Source: Lama guanicoe (Eukaryota). Taken from it: a stretch of 64,000 bases of DNA. The translations under genes and the position numbers were made by a program. The stretch lies in the NCBI GenBank assembly GCA_013239625.1, contig MU053881.1:2046001-2110000 (forward strand), read 5' to 3'. The first letter of the stretch is position 1, and every line of letters starts with the position of its first letter. Positions 1-12,796 of the stretch are shown one piece after another. A model generated the notes under the pieces. The model saw only the letters and a program-made list of their open reading frames with translations. It searched no databases and was not told the origin of the DNA.

Positions 1-110
1 GGAGGTAATTAGGTTTCTTTGTTTGTTTATTTAATGAAGATACTGGGGCTTGAACCCAGGACCTTGTGCATGCTAAGCACATGCTCTACCACTGAGCTAT
101 ACCTTCCACC
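1..110 (-). mobile_element. tRNA-Ala-derived SINE (camelid Vic-1-like)
   Basis: Reverse complement reads GGTATAGCTCAGTGGTAGAGCATGTGCTTAGCATGCACAAGGTCCTGGGTTCAA... followed by an A-rich tail with ACCTAATTACCTCC. Confidence 0.85.
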
Positions 111-754
111 CATCACATCCCCATTGAACCCAGCTCTTTGGACTGTGCAGAAGTCAGGTGGAACTTGGAGAATGACTCTGGCCTGAATCGTGTGGTCTCA
201 AGTTGGAGTTGCTGTCCCAGATGGAGACTGTTCCCAGGAGCAAGTCAGCGTGGCTCCCGGCTCTTCGCTGGTAGCTACTGCTCAGGCTAATGCCTTTTTC
301 TCCACACCCACTTGTGAGGGCCCTCAGAGGCAGTTTGTTTTCACCTGCTGGGACCAACTGCTCACCTGGGGTCTTGCGCCGGGGCTCTGTCCTTAGGAAC
401 TTGGCCGCTGTCTCATAAAGCACCGCGCTGATCTTCCACGCTGACGTCGTGCTGATCAACCTGATCAACGGGAAGGAGCAAGGACTTTAGATGTCTTTTT
501 TTTGTGTGTGTTTAATTTTTTATTTTTTAACTGAATAGTTAAAATAGTCGATTTACAATGTTGTGTTAGTTTCTGGTGTACAGCATGGTGATTCAGTAGA
601 TGTCTTAATAAGATGTACACAAGTCATATGGTGAGCAATAAACCCCGTAACACTTCAGGGGTCCACCGCTTCCTGATTTGGGGGAGTTTGATGGTTTGGA
701 GGATGTCAAGATGTCTCTTCCCAGATAAAAGACAAATGTACCTTCTACCACCTA

Positions 755-755
<1 letters not shown>

Positions 756-789
<34 letters not shown>
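756..789. repeat. (CA)17 microsatellite
   Basis: Direct read of a perfect dinucleotide run. Confidence 0.95.
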
Positions 790-791
<2 letters not shown>

Positions 792-2275
792 AAAGAGGCA
801 TGAGCCTTGGTGAGTCTTTTCAGACTGGGGAGACAACACACACCATGTCTGTGTGTGATCCTTTGGCCAACTGAGAGTCACCTGGAAAGCTGCAGCTTTT
901 GAGTGGAGGTCAGAGCAGGGGCCGGCTGTGCAGCAGTAAAGGCAGCTCCAGCTCTGGGGCCTCGTGGTCCAGCAGAACCAGAGAGACCTGCAGTGCCTGT
1001 GGCAAAGAGGAGTGCCGTGCGGGGCTTCTGGGAGGCACCAGGAGGAGAGTTACAGCGCAGACCTCAGGATTTTAGAGCAAATCCGTCCCCTCCTTTGCAT
1101 ACAACTATTCTTCTTTTGAGAAACAGGTTCTGGCTTGGGTCAAAGGCCTCACCGTGGGACAGCCCGAGTTTCCCGTGACGCGCTGGGCCTTGCTTTCCTT
1201 CTGTGTAAGGCTGGGTGCCCCAGCAGCAGCAGGCTGGCGGTGGCAGATTAGAGACTGAACCCGGGCACGTCCAGAGGTACACGTGGGGTGCAGGAGAGGG
1301 TGGCTGAGACCCCTTCGCTGCCACCTCCCACTGTGTTGTCTCCTGTCCCTCAGTCCAGGCCTGTGACCTCATGGGGAGCCCTCCATGGCTGACTGACTGA
1401 GGGAGAAAGGACTTGAGTGGGTTCACAGACGGTCTGTGTGACAAGCTGTCGGCATCCAGAAGTGGGCGGCTCCTGCGTTCCAGCCCTGCCGCAGGCCAGA
1501 GATCTCACTGGGCTAAATCAAGGGGACAGCAGAGCTGAGTTCCTTCTAGACACTCTAGGGAATCAACCGCTGGTCTCCAGGGATGGGCCCTGACACCCCC
1601 CGGGTCAGGGGACAAACAGCGACGGCAGTAAGCAGGCACAGCAGAGCTTTGTGACCCACATGGGGACGTTCGTGGGTGCCGTGGCCCCTTGAGGAGGACA
1701 CCCTGGGACTGGCCCCATGAATGGCCTGTGACACAGGAGGGGGTGGGCAGTGGAGTGCTGTCCCACTGCTCCACAGAACAGCCCAGAATTTCGACTCAGC
1801 AAGGCTCAGAGGGAAAAGGGGAGATGGTCTATCAGGTGCCCTGGGAGCAGATACCATCCCAGACACCAGGCACTTTGTGTCAGTGATCCAGGCGGCCCCA
1901 CCTCTGGTCAGGGATGCTCAGCCCGTGGACCAGACTTGTCCCACGGCCTCACGGGGGCGGCACTCCTCCTCGCCTGGAGGGAAGCTAATGTGGCAGTTCC
2001 CTATACACCCCAGGCGCTCTGTCCTGGGTGCTCCACTTACATGGAGAAGATGCCGGGTGCCTTAATCTCAGACAGCAGACCCTGCAGCCCGTGCAGCAGG
2101 TCGGGGAGGACTCAGCTTTGCAGGATCCAGCTTTGAAAGCAACATGAGGCAGCAGCCGACAAGGGGCAGGCACGCCAACAACCAGCGGTGCCTTCCTGGC
2201 GATGGCTGCTGCCTGTTGGATCCAGTTAATAAGCCACGAGCAGTTTGTAACCACCTTGCGCACTGCACGGGTTAT

Positions 2276-2850
2276 TGTAAGCATCCCCGGGAGTTGTTTT
2301 AATCAGGTATGGTAAGACACACAGACACGGAAGTGACCATCATAAAGGAAGAAGTTTATACTCACAGTTCCCTAGAAACTGGAGGCACATCAGGCCACAA
2401 AGGGCCACACGGGGAAGTACCAGGGTTGGTCAAGAGGCAGAAGGAGGGAGGGAGGAGATGTGGGTAAGAGATTTTGTTGTGGTTTCTGCAGGAGGGAACC
2501 AGTGAGGCAGAGTAAGTATGCTTAGAATTGGCTACTTGGAAGAATTTCAGTGAGATGTAGGGGCTGTCCCGCATTGTCTGGTGACAGGCTCTGTTGTGAT
2601 GAGGGAGCGGGCAGGGTGACCAAGAGTGTGAGGGGGTGGTGTGGGCTCCGGACTGGTTGGTTTGAGTATGAAAGGTGTGCTCGCAGGCCAGGCAAGTCAC
2701 TGCTATCTCTAGCAAATGGGCGAGAGGGTGGGGTGTGATGAAGCCTTCATTCCTGGAGGGCCCTCTGCTCACCATGGGACAAAACTGCGGCTGCACTGTG
2801 ATCAGTTCCTGGAGGCAAAAGTCAATAATGGAATTTAGAAATCATAGAAT
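2276..2850. mobile_element. Old solo LTR, ERVL-class-like
   Basis: Starts TGTAAG; internal motifs (GGTATGGTAAGAC, TTTATACTCACAGTTCCC, TTGTTGTGGTTTC) resemble MER74-type LTRs; family not verified. Confidence 0.45.
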
Positions 2851-3156
2851 CCACTCCCAAGAAACTGGTTCACTGTATGCATAAGGAAACGCACATTAAC
2901 AAGAAATGAGCAAAATACACACTCCGTCGGTTACTGTTATCTGTAACAGCGAGAATGAAAGCAAAGGAGAGGACTGGGGGCAGATCCTGAGATGGGGCCA
3001 AGCTTGGATCACAGCTGTTCTGAGCCACAGACACTGGTCTCAGGGCCACCATCAAAGGGAAAAGTGATGCTGAAACAACAGACAGTGATGACGGCTGGAA
3101 TGAGTCACAAGGGAACAGGAGAAACAAAGGGAGGGTGACAAGACTCATCCCAGCAG

Positions 3157-4109
3157 TGTGGAAATCTTTCAATGATTATTAAGAAATGAGATAAATAAGG
3201 CGGACATTTATGGGATCAAAACAAAGGTTATAATCCAGCATTCTTGGAAGTTCTGTAGATTGATGAGAGCCCCAGTGTTGAAGGGCCCTAAACAAGTCTG
3301 CTTTATTTACCCTTCTGTGGAGGAATGTAAAGAGCTGGAAGGCAAAGATGGCTGGAGACCTCGTTACCTGGGGCAACAGTCCTGCAGCGTAAGCAAGTCA
3401 CGGACTGACCCCTGCGGGGGCCCAAGGCCACATGAGCTTGAGCGGGTGAGACGGTCAGAGGATGCAGGAGAGACTTTTCTGGAACTCCTTGATAGGACAC
3501 CCCCATGCACTGTGATGCCAGAATCTGTACAAGAAGTCCTGCGGGTGGTACAGCTCGATCAGGAGGTCATAGGAATGCAGTGGCTGGCAAGATAAAGGCA
3601 AAGGTTTGGGTGAAAACTGGAAGGTTTGAACAGACTGTGTGGAGTGGTTGCATCTCCTTTCCTGGACGGTATTGTGGGGGTGGATGTGCCTGACTGGGGA
3701 GAGCTTCCCCTCCCAGCATTGTAAAGCAAAAGGCGTGGAAATCTGCCCTTCCTCCGACATGGACTGGACACAGTAAGTGGGAAGCAGTGAGGTTGCAGGA
3801 ACCCATACAGGTCCTTAGTTTGCTGTATCACATCCCAAAGTGGCTTGCGGACCGGAGTTGATTGCAAAAGCTTGTGAGTGCCACCTAGTGGCAACTTCTG
3901 GGATCTGGGACCAGAAAATTCACACTGGAGCGAAAATCAGTACTAACTAGCTTGCTATTGGACTTTGAGGTTTCCTCTGTGCCTGAAGGACATAAAATAA
4001 TCTTGAAACTTGAAATACACACAATGCTTTGGGTGACGTTGGAGAAATGCTCTAGTAGGGAGGGCTGTGCCCAGGAGTGTTCCTTCGTAACATGGGAATA
4101 GTTTATACA
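3157..4109. mobile_element. Probable old solo LTR carrying a CTCF motif
   Basis: TG...CA termini, LTR-like composition, CTCF consensus at 3878-3894; family uncertain. Confidence 0.35.
3878..3894 (-). promoter_or_regulatory. CTCF-binding motif
   Basis: Minus strand TTGCCACTAGGTGGCAC matches the CCASYAGRKGGCR core. Confidence 0.55.
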
Positions 4110-4132
4110 AGAACACACTGCTAGTTAGCAGC

Positions 4133-4255
4133 GGGGGGTGGGGGTGGGGGTACTCAGTGCTAGAGCACATGCTTAGCATGCACGAGGTCCTGGGTTCAAT
4201 CCCCAGTACCTCCATTTTAAAAAATTAAAATAAATACATAAACCCAATTAAAAGA
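4133..4255 (+). mobile_element. tRNA-Ala-derived SINE
   Basis: CTCAGTGCTAGAGCACATGCTTAGCATGCACGAGGTCCTGGGTTCAATCCCCAGTACCTCC plus A-rich tail. Confidence 0.85.
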
Positions 4256-4510
4256 ACACACTTAACACGGGAGGTGGGGCAAGGGATGGTCCCCACTACA
4301 AAGATTCCTCTTTTTTTGGCGGGGGCATTTGGGGAAGAGCGGGTGGGAAGGGTGCTAGTATAAGTCTACTTTTTTCTCTTTTTTTCTCTCACATCACCTC
4401 AGCCTCTTTTGTGCTACCTGATGCAGTGGTCCCAGGACCAGGGCTGCAACTGACTGGTGCAGGAAGCAGGGATGATCCTTAAGAGACTGTAAGAGTTTCC
4501 TTAAAGCTTT

Positions 4511-4654
4511 TTTAAAAAATATTTTTTAAGTGGGGGAGGGAGGTAATTAGGTTTATTTATTTATTCACTTTTTAGAGGAAATACTGGGGATTGAACCAGG
4601 ACCTCTTGCATGCTAAGCATGCGCTCTACCACTCTGAGTTATACCATCCCCCTC
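4511..4654 (-). mobile_element. tRNA-Ala-derived SINE
   Basis: Reverse copy of the same family; flanked by CCTTAAAGCTTT / CCTTAAACCTTT TSD-like repeats. Confidence 0.85.
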
Positions 4655-5552
4655 CCTTAAACCTTTATGTCAGGATTCCTGAGGGTCTGACCCAGTGGGT
4701 TTTGCCTTCATCCCATCTGGCAAAATTGGGATGACAGTGGATGCGGCTGTATTGCTTAGTGTTCGGGACAGCCCGCCAGCTCGGCACCCGTTTAACCAGA
4801 CCCCCCAGGACCGGGAGTGGCCTGAGGGAGGGCAGGTGTGAGACTGCACTTGTATTGCTCCTGGCAATCTGGACCAGCACTGAGGCCGAACCTAACACCC
4901 CTTCCCAAAGTGGGGAAATTAGTGTATAAATAGGAGGAAAGGTAGCTGAATGGTTTATGCCGTGAGAGAAATCCAGCATTCCACTGGTGCCTCGGGAGAG
5001 GCTCAGAGTGAGATGTTGCTGTCTCTGAGCTCAGTGACACCAGATGCCTGAAAGGGTGATGATGCATCGCTGAGACCACTCCTGCTTTTGGAGCCCAAAA
5101 AAAAAAAAAAAGGAAAGGAATGGAAGCCCGCAAATCTGAATGACATCTGTCACTCGGGGGGACATTCCCCTCAGTGGACTAATTGTTAATATCTGAGTGG
5201 GGCTCTGGTCATGTGCCAGAGCTTTTCAGGACATAGCGACCGCCTCGCTTCGATGGGGGGTAACACTGGCCTTCTTGTAATGTACCGGGAAACTGAGAGC
5301 CCCCTCAGGAAGTAAAACAGGTGGGAAGTGACTGGCGTGGGAAAGAACTAGATTTACCCAATCATCAGTTAATTTCTATGCTAAATAGTGCTGCACAAGT
5401 TTATCATAAGATACAAGGGGGGAACTGAATAATCGAATTAGTATCCAAATATGAAAATGGATGTACCGGCTTTGTAAGGGCAGGGAGTTGTTTCTTTAAG
5501 TCTAGCCCTACCCTGACAGTGGTCCCTCCAGATGTTAGACAATAGGATCATT

Positions 5553-6135
5553 TTGCTGTAAGAATAAAAGTCTTGGCCAAAGGCAAGGGATGGCTTGTGT
5601 CCTAAAGAATTTAACTTTGCCTCCAAGGGGGTCTGGCTTTTGCCCTCAGCTTCTGGGAGGTATCTTTGTTCCCCCCCAAGGGGCCTTGGGCTCAGAAGAG
5701 AATAAGGCATAATTTAGGGTGGGTGCCAACCACAGCTTAGGGTGGGGGCCGGTCACACCAGAAAGACCACACACAGGGGATTTAGGGTGGGGCTTCGGGT
5801 CACAATGGTAGCAGTTGGTCTGGAGACTGAGATCAGCCAACCAGTCAATCATGTCTATGTAACGGGGCCCCCAAAACTGAATACCGGGCGAGCGGAAGCC
5901 CCACATTTCATACTTCCCCAGACCCATGAGCTCCTTCCCTTGGCCGGTTTTAATCTGTATCCCTTCCCTGTAATAAGCCGTGTCATACAGTGTATACAGT
6001 GAACAGAATAGCTTTGAGTGGGCTCTGTGAGTCCTAGCAAATTACCACCCCCGACACTGGTTTTGGGGATCCCCTGAACTTGCGGTTGGCCTCAGAAGTG
6101 ATGCTGGTCTGTGGCTGCAGACTGTGTTCCTTCTG
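5553..6135 (+). mobile_element. MER21/MER77-group LTR remnant
   Basis: Motifs GGTCACACCAGAAAGACC, CAATCATGTCTATGTAA, CTGTGAGTCCTAGCAAATTA, CCCCTGAACTTG resemble this LTR group. Confidence 0.55.
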
Positions 6136-6513
6136 ACTGTACAGTTGGCTAAACTTCTCACAAGCCTCAGCTCAAGAGGAATCCAAATGATAAGCCCCTC
6201 ACTCTGACTGCCTGGTAGGCGAGGACTTGCACTCTTAGGAGAATGAACAAAACAGAACAGTGTTTACTTTGATGTGGTTATACTCCAGTACACTTCCCCT
6301 CACTTTTATATTCTAGAGTCAACACAAAATGATAAGACATGAAGAGAAGCAAGAAAATGTGCTTTACAATAGAGAGAAAACAGAGTCACTAGAAGTCTCC
6401 CCTCCACACACACAAGTAAGTTACTGGAATTAGCAGACAAGGACGTACAGCTATCATAAGTATATAAAACAATTAATGGGAAAAGAATAATGATTGGGAT
6501 AAAGAAGGGGGAA

Positions 6514-6915
6514 TAAGGAGTTGAATAGCATCCCTCAAAAATTCATGTTCACCCAGAACCTCCAAATGTGACCCAAGTTGGAAACAGTGTCTTTACAGAT
6601 AGAACTAGTTATAAAATGAGGTCACACTGGGCCCTAATCCAGTGACTGGTGTCCTCTTTATAAGAGGGAAGTTTGAGACACAGGGGAGAATGCCTTGTGA
6701 AGATGGAGGCAGACACTGAAGTGATGCATCTGCAAGCCGAGGCCCACCAAGGATGCTGGCAGCCTCCAGAGGTGAAGAGAGGGGCCGGGAACAGGTGCTC
6801 CAGAGGGAAGCAACCCAGCTGGCACCTGGATTTTTGTCTTCTCCAGAACTGTGAGAGAATACATTTCTGTGGTTGTAAGCCACTCAGTTATAATACTTTG
6901 TCATGGCAGCAAAAA
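6514..6915 (+). mobile_element. MLT1-type MaLR solo LTR
   Basis: GGGCCCTAATCCAGTGACTGGTGTCCT, GTGAAGATGGAGGCAGA, CCAGAACTGTGAGAGAATACATTTCTGTGGTTGTAAGCCAC. Confidence 0.8.
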
Positions 6916-7260
6916 ATTGCTTGGAATTTAAATTGGAAATTAACACATCGGATGGTGAGATATTCTGGGATATAGAAAGCTTAAAAAAAAAAAAGGACCA
7001 AATGGAAATTCTAGATCTGAAACATACAATAGCTGAAATAAAACTACAATGGCTGGGCTGAACACCAAATTTGGACATTATAGAAGAAAGAATAAGCAAA
7101 CTTGAAGACAAGTAAATAAAATGTATCTACACTGAAGCAGAGAGATACACACACACGCAAAAAACACCTAAAAACATTAACCACATCAGTTACCCTGATG
7201 CATTATCAAGCTGGGAAATGTACATGAAACTGGGGTCAGAATAAGAGAGGAGAGAGGGAA

Positions 7261-7935
7261 TAGATTCCTCAAAAGACTAAAAATAGACTTACCATGTGAT
7301 CCAGCAATCCCACTCCTGGGCATATATCCAGAGGAAACCTTAATTCAAAAAGACACCTGCACCCCAATGTTCATAGCAGCACTTTTACAACAGCCAGACA
7401 TGGAAACAACCTAAATGTCCATCAACTGAGGACTGGATAAAGAAGCGGTGGTACATTTATACAATGGAATACTACTCAGCCATAAAAAATAAAACAATGC
7501 CATTTGCAGCAACATGGATGGACCTGGAGAATGTCATTCTATGTGAAGTAAGCCAGAAAGAGAAAGAAAAAATACCATATGAGATCACTTATATGTGGAA
7601 TCTTAAAAAAAAAAGACAAATAAACTTATTTATAAAACAGAAACAGACCCACAGACATAGAAGACAAACTATGGTTACCAGCGGGGGAAGGGGGTGGGAA
7701 GGGATAAATTGGGAGTTTGAGATTTGCAGATACTAACTACAATATATAAAATAGATAAACAGCAAGTTTATACTGTATAGCACAGGGAACTGTACTCAAT
7801 ATCTTGTAGTAACTTATGCTGAAAATATGAAAACAAATATATGCATGTTCATGTATGACTGAAGCACTATGCTGTACACCAGAAATTGACACAACAATGT
7901 AAACTGACTACACTTCAATAAAATATATATAAAAA
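7261..7935 (+). mobile_element. 5'-truncated L1 (ORF2 C-terminus plus 3'UTR), lineage-specific
   Basis: ORF 7464-7736 MEYYSAIK..MPFAATWMDLE is the L1 ORF2 C-terminus; the same 3'UTR recurs at 38458 and 55222. Confidence 0.9.
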
Positions 7936-10900
7936 CAATACATACAGAAGTAAAATACGTAACAACAGTAGTGAAAAGGATGGGAGACAGTAGGTGGGAC
8001 CATAAAGGTATATGTTTATTACCTTACATTTAAAATGGTATAATATTAATTCAAAGTAGACTGTGATAATTGAAAGACATATTATTATAGTTCTTAGAGT
8101 GAACACTTAAAAGACCACTTGAAAGAGGTAGTGATAAGAAGCCAATTATATATACAATGGAATGCTTATAAAGACTCAGATAATCCAAAAGAAGTCAGGA
8201 AAGGAGGGAAAATGGGAAAAGGGCAGATGGGACAAATGCAAAATAAAAATCAAGATGATAAACTTTAAACTCAACTATGTAAAAATAGTTTTATTAAACA
8301 CAAGTCAAAGGCAGAGACTATCAGACCACAGGGTCGGGGGAACCCTCCCAATCCTATGTTATTTGCAAGGAAAACATGTTAATAATAAGGTGCTGTTAGG
8401 TTAAAAGTAAAAGGATGGGAAAAAAACACACTATGAAAACACTAATCAAAAGAGAGCTGTTTGACTATATTAATATTGCGGTAGTATTAAAGAAGATTGC
8501 CGAAGATGGGTATTTCAGAATGCAAAATGAAGTCAACAAGAAGATATAACAATCATAAATGTATATGTGCCTAATGGTTCACAACATATAAGTTGGAGAT
8601 TTTAACATGTGTCTCCCAGTAATTGTCAGAACTAGCAGACAAAAAATATCAGTAAGGATGTAATTTCTTTTTTTGCAACACAGTCAACCATTTTAATCTG
8701 ATATTTTTAGAACACTACATGTAACATGTTACTTTTATGTGCATATGAAACATTCATCAAGATGGATCATACAAGCCTTGATGGTAAAAATCATGAGTAT
8801 ATTCTCTGACCACCAAGGAATTAAATTACAAACCAATAACAAAAAGATATCTAGAAAGTTCCCAGATATTTAGAATGTTTGGAAACTATTTCAAATTACC
8901 TACAGGTCTCAGGTCAAAGAAAGATTCTCAAAATATCTCTATCTGAGTGAGAAACAAAACAGAACACAACTAGCACCCATCAAAGTTTGTGGGATACAGT
9001 GAAAGCCATGTGTAGAAAAGAAGAAAGGAGTGAAATGAATTATGTACATTTTCATCTTAAGAAACTAGAAACAAAGGAGCAGAAGAAATCCAAAATTGAT
9101 TCTTTGCAAAAGTTAATAAAATTGATAATTGCCCAGCAAGACTTATCAAGGAGAGAGACGGGGAGAAACCATCTACATCAGGAATAATAAAGAGAACATA
9201 CTACAGGTCCTACAGATGCCTTTTCCCAGTGACCCCGCCCAGGGTAACTGGGACTGTCAGCCACTTCTGAGACTTAATCCCCTGCAATTTCAGACGGACC
9301 AGCTAGCCTCCCTAACTGTCAATCACTGCATTGTGCAGCCCCTGACTGCCTGGGGGTGGCATTCCAGCCGTGGCCTCCAACTTGGGGGTCAGTTGATTGC
9401 TAAACTCCCAGCCTCCTGTGGGCACAGAGACCCGGGCCCCCTGAGCCCCACCCCCCCACTACAGCACAGCCAAGTCCCTTTCTCAGCACTGGCTTCCTCT
9501 ACCTCTGTGGTCGGAGTCAGATGGAAGAGGCCGACCCTCAGGGCCACTGGGTCCCTGCTGTTTTCACAAGGATGCCCTGAAGAATGGAGGCCTGGGAACT
9601 TCCTGGAGGATGTGACATTGGAGCCAAGCTCGCAGAAGCAGGGCATGGGGCAAGGGTGGGGCGTGCTGCCCGACACGGCAGGAGGAGGGGCACAGCCCAG
9701 CTTGAGCTTTGTCCTGGGGGCTTGAGGGGGCCCTGGTGGGCCTTTCAGCAGGGACACGACCTGGTTAGCTCTGTGGCTAAAGAATGCTACTCCTGAGAAG
9801 GGGGGAGGATGAGCGAAGTGGGAGAGACTGGGGCAGGGAGCACATGGAGGGGGCTGGGCCGGGGTCCAGGGTCTGAGCCAGGCCCTGGCTCCAATACTGC
9901 CCCAACTCCCACCTCCCCTCCTGCCGCTCCTCTCCCCTGCAGGGAAGGAGGTGAAAGGATTCTGGGGAACAGCAGGACCATCTCCTCCGGCATCCTGTCC
10001 ATAGGGTGGGAGAGGATGGTGAGCCTGGGGCTGAGGCCCCTGTAAGCTGCCTTCTTCTAGGAGTCCTGACTCGGGTGAGGCAGCAAGGTGGGGGCCCCCC
10101 TCCCCTCCCAGTCAGGGCACAGATGCGGGCTGTGTCCCTTGGAACCCAGAGGACACTGGTTTCTGACAGAAACTGCAGTGGAGAGCAGGAAGCACGGCCG
10201 AGGGGTGGCGAGCCGGCAGGGAGGCCACAGGGCCGCAGTGTGCAGGCTGGACCCTGCAGGACCTGGGGGTCTGGGGCAGAGGTTCTGAGACCAGTCCCTG
10301 TGGAGGGGGCAGAGGCACTGCCGGTCTCTGCCCAGGCCTGTGCACAGTTAGCATTAGCATTTTCTCAGAGGGGCCCAGAAAGGCATCCAAGGGCCTGAGG
10401 CAGGAGCCCTATCTTCCCCTCCTGGCCTGCTTCCTGGAAGGGATTGCTTTCTGTTCCTCTGGCCAGTGGCCCCGAACCAATTCATGGGAGGCCTGAGGCC
10501 ATGTTATTCCCTATCTCGAATCCTACCCTCCTAAAATGAAGACCAGACTCCTCAACGTGGTTACTCCAGCCCCCCTCGCAGCCCCTGCCTCACTTCCACA
10601 GCCTCCAGTCGGAGCAGCCCTAGATCTTCAAGAGCTCCTTCCCTCTGCTGGAACTCTCGTCCTTCAGAACCACCCCCATCCTGCCCCAACCTACCCCCAG
10701 TCCAAGGCCTGGCCACCTTAGTCCCAGATATCTGACCAGTAGGTTTGTTTCTGTGCTGCACAGGTGCTGACCTGAGTGAAATGAAATTGGAAATTCATTC
10801 ATGAGTCTTGTGACTCCTTTCTTCAGACACAACTAACTGCAGGTGGAGGTTTGAGGAGCCCTGTTCTTGGCCCTCCCATGAATTGGGTCGGGGCCACTGG

Positions 10901-11069
10901 CCAGCATCAAACTGTACCATGCTCTTTGATTTCTCTATGCTGGCCACGATGGCCTTTTTTGGGGGGGGCTTCATACATTCCTTTCAGCCTCAGGGCCTTT
11001 GCACCTGCTGTTCGTGTGTCTGGAATTCTCCTACATTCCTCCTACACATAGATAACACCAATTCCCCAG

Positions 11070-11340
11070 AAAAAGAGCGTCTCTGACCTCCCTGATTAGG
11101 TCAAATGCTCTTTAGGACGTGCCCTCACATTGTGTCTTTCTTGTGAGGACCTGTCAAAGTGTGTCTCTACTGTGTAATAACTATATTCGTGTCTCCCCCC
11201 CCCTCCACTTGTGAGCTCTGCAGAGGCAGGAGCTCTGGTTTTGCCTATCCTTGTATCTCCTCCAGTCCCCAGCACATTGCCAGGGGTCCAGCAGGTGCTC
11301 AGCAAATATTTCATGAGTCCAGATGGGTGGGTGAAGGGAT
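11070..11340 (+). mobile_element. L2 3' fragment
   Basis: TGTGAGCTCTGCAGAGGCAGG...CCCAGCACATTGCCAGGG...GGTGCTCAGCAAATATTT is a typical L2 3' end. Confidence 0.6.
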
Positions 11341-12029
11341 GGACAGTCCCAGGCAACAGTTCTTGGCTGAGCATGTCAGTGGTTCCCTTGGGAATGACTC
11401 ATACTTTTTCCAAGGAACTGAGAACTGACAACCATGTGCCATGTGTTTACACAGGACTATCTTTTTATAAAGAATCTAGTTCCTTCTTCTCCCTCTCCGT
11501 TCCCAGGTCACAGACTATGCCTGGCAGTAATGCTCTGCCCTGTAACAGCTGCTTTCATCTTCTAGTCTCCACCCTTAGACTGTCACTGTCCCCCGCAGGT
11601 GTGACCACCCCTGCTTGTGCTGCCCCAGAAGTCAGTGCAGCTTCTTCAGGAGGCTAGAAAGTCATGTTAAAGAGGGGCTCATGGACTCTGAGTAAGGCAG
11701 TCAGGGGCTCTGTGGGAGGAAGAAGCTCCGTGAGAAATCAGCAGCTCCTACAATCCGCGCTCGGCGTAGGCTTGGGCTCTGATCCTTCAGCAGCGCTGTC
11801 GCAGGGCTTCCCGAGCTCACAGGAGGGAGGGCACAGAGCTGAGAAGTAGCGGGGACAGCAGAGGAACTCAAATCTGTGGGCTCCAGAGCCCAGGACTTTC
11901 TCGTAAGCCAGTTCTCAAATTGGTGTCCTTCTGACGTTTTCGTAGCCACAACAGCTTCCCTGCAGCTGAGGAGGAGGAGCCGGGAGACTAGTCCCATTCG
12001 ACACAATAGGAAGCTGAGGCCCAGCGGGG

Positions 12030-12796
12030 GCTACGGGGGCAGATGGCAAGTGGGCGAGGGCACAGACCCCGGAGAGCAGGAGCGGGATCCGCGCCCCCTC
12101 CCCCGGCGCTTGCGCACTGCAGCCCCATTCCCCTCTCAACCCCGCCCCCATCGCTCGGGTTTTCAAATTTGAAACCTGCTCCTTTTCCCGCCCGAACTTG
12201 TTGACCAGCGGCGGGAGAGGGCGGAGCCATGAGCAGCCAATAGTGCCTCAGAGGCCCCCCCAGGCCCCGCCCTGAAAATGACGACAGTGAGCCGCAGGAG
12301 GCAATGGGCGAATGGGCGAGGGCGCCCGCCGGCCCAGCCTCCACGGCGCCCACGTGCAAAGGCCGAGCCGGGGGCCTCCTGGGTTCACCGGCCCCCGGAG
12401 CACCATTCTCTGTGCCGGGCTCTCGCCAACAGCACGGGACTGGAAACTGAGACCCAGAGACTCCAAGTAACCCGCGCAGGGTCGCTAAACGAAGAGGCAA
12501 AACGCAGCACCTCCCCAGGCCGGGAGTTCGTCCAAGGGTCGGGCCTAGAGCCTGCGCCCCTAGCAGCCCTACCGGCGTCCGAGGGGCCGGGCGGGCTCGC
12601 GGAGGGTGGGCTGCGGTTCTCGGGTGCGTTCCAGAGGGGCGTGGCCAAGAGCTGGGCTGTCCCGGGGCGGGGCGTCCAGGGGGCGGGGCCGAGCGCCTGT
12701 GTTTGTTGCACCGTGTCAGTTACATTGTAACAAAAGTGGTGCAGCCGCTCTTCGGGCCAGCACCCCAGGCCCGCCCGCCGCCAGCTGTCGGCCGAC
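12030..12796 (+). promoter_or_regulatory. MXD3: MXD3 CpG-island promoter and 5'UTR
   Basis: CpG-rich; CHR palindrome 12161-12174, E2F TTTCCCGC 12184-12191, CCAAT ~12237, E-box 12351-12356, GC boxes ~12663-12688. Confidence 0.75.

Larger units (their letters stand above)
6300..9210 (+). mobile_element. Decayed ancient L1 (ORF1/ORF2 remnants) with nested insertions
   Basis: A-rich strand with L1-like remnants (GAAATTCTAGATCTGAAA, TTCTCTGACCAC, GGGATACAGTGAAAGC); interrupted by the MLT1 and young L1 listed separately. Confidence 0.65.

Noticed and set aside
9129..9725. 198-aa plus-strand ORF
   Set aside because: Begins inside decayed L1 with a non-ATG start and has no recognisable protein similarity
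1..12000. Expected neighbour LMAN2 or another gene upstream of MXD3
   Set aside because: No recognisable coding exons; the region is mostly repeats, so the neighbour presumably lies outside the window
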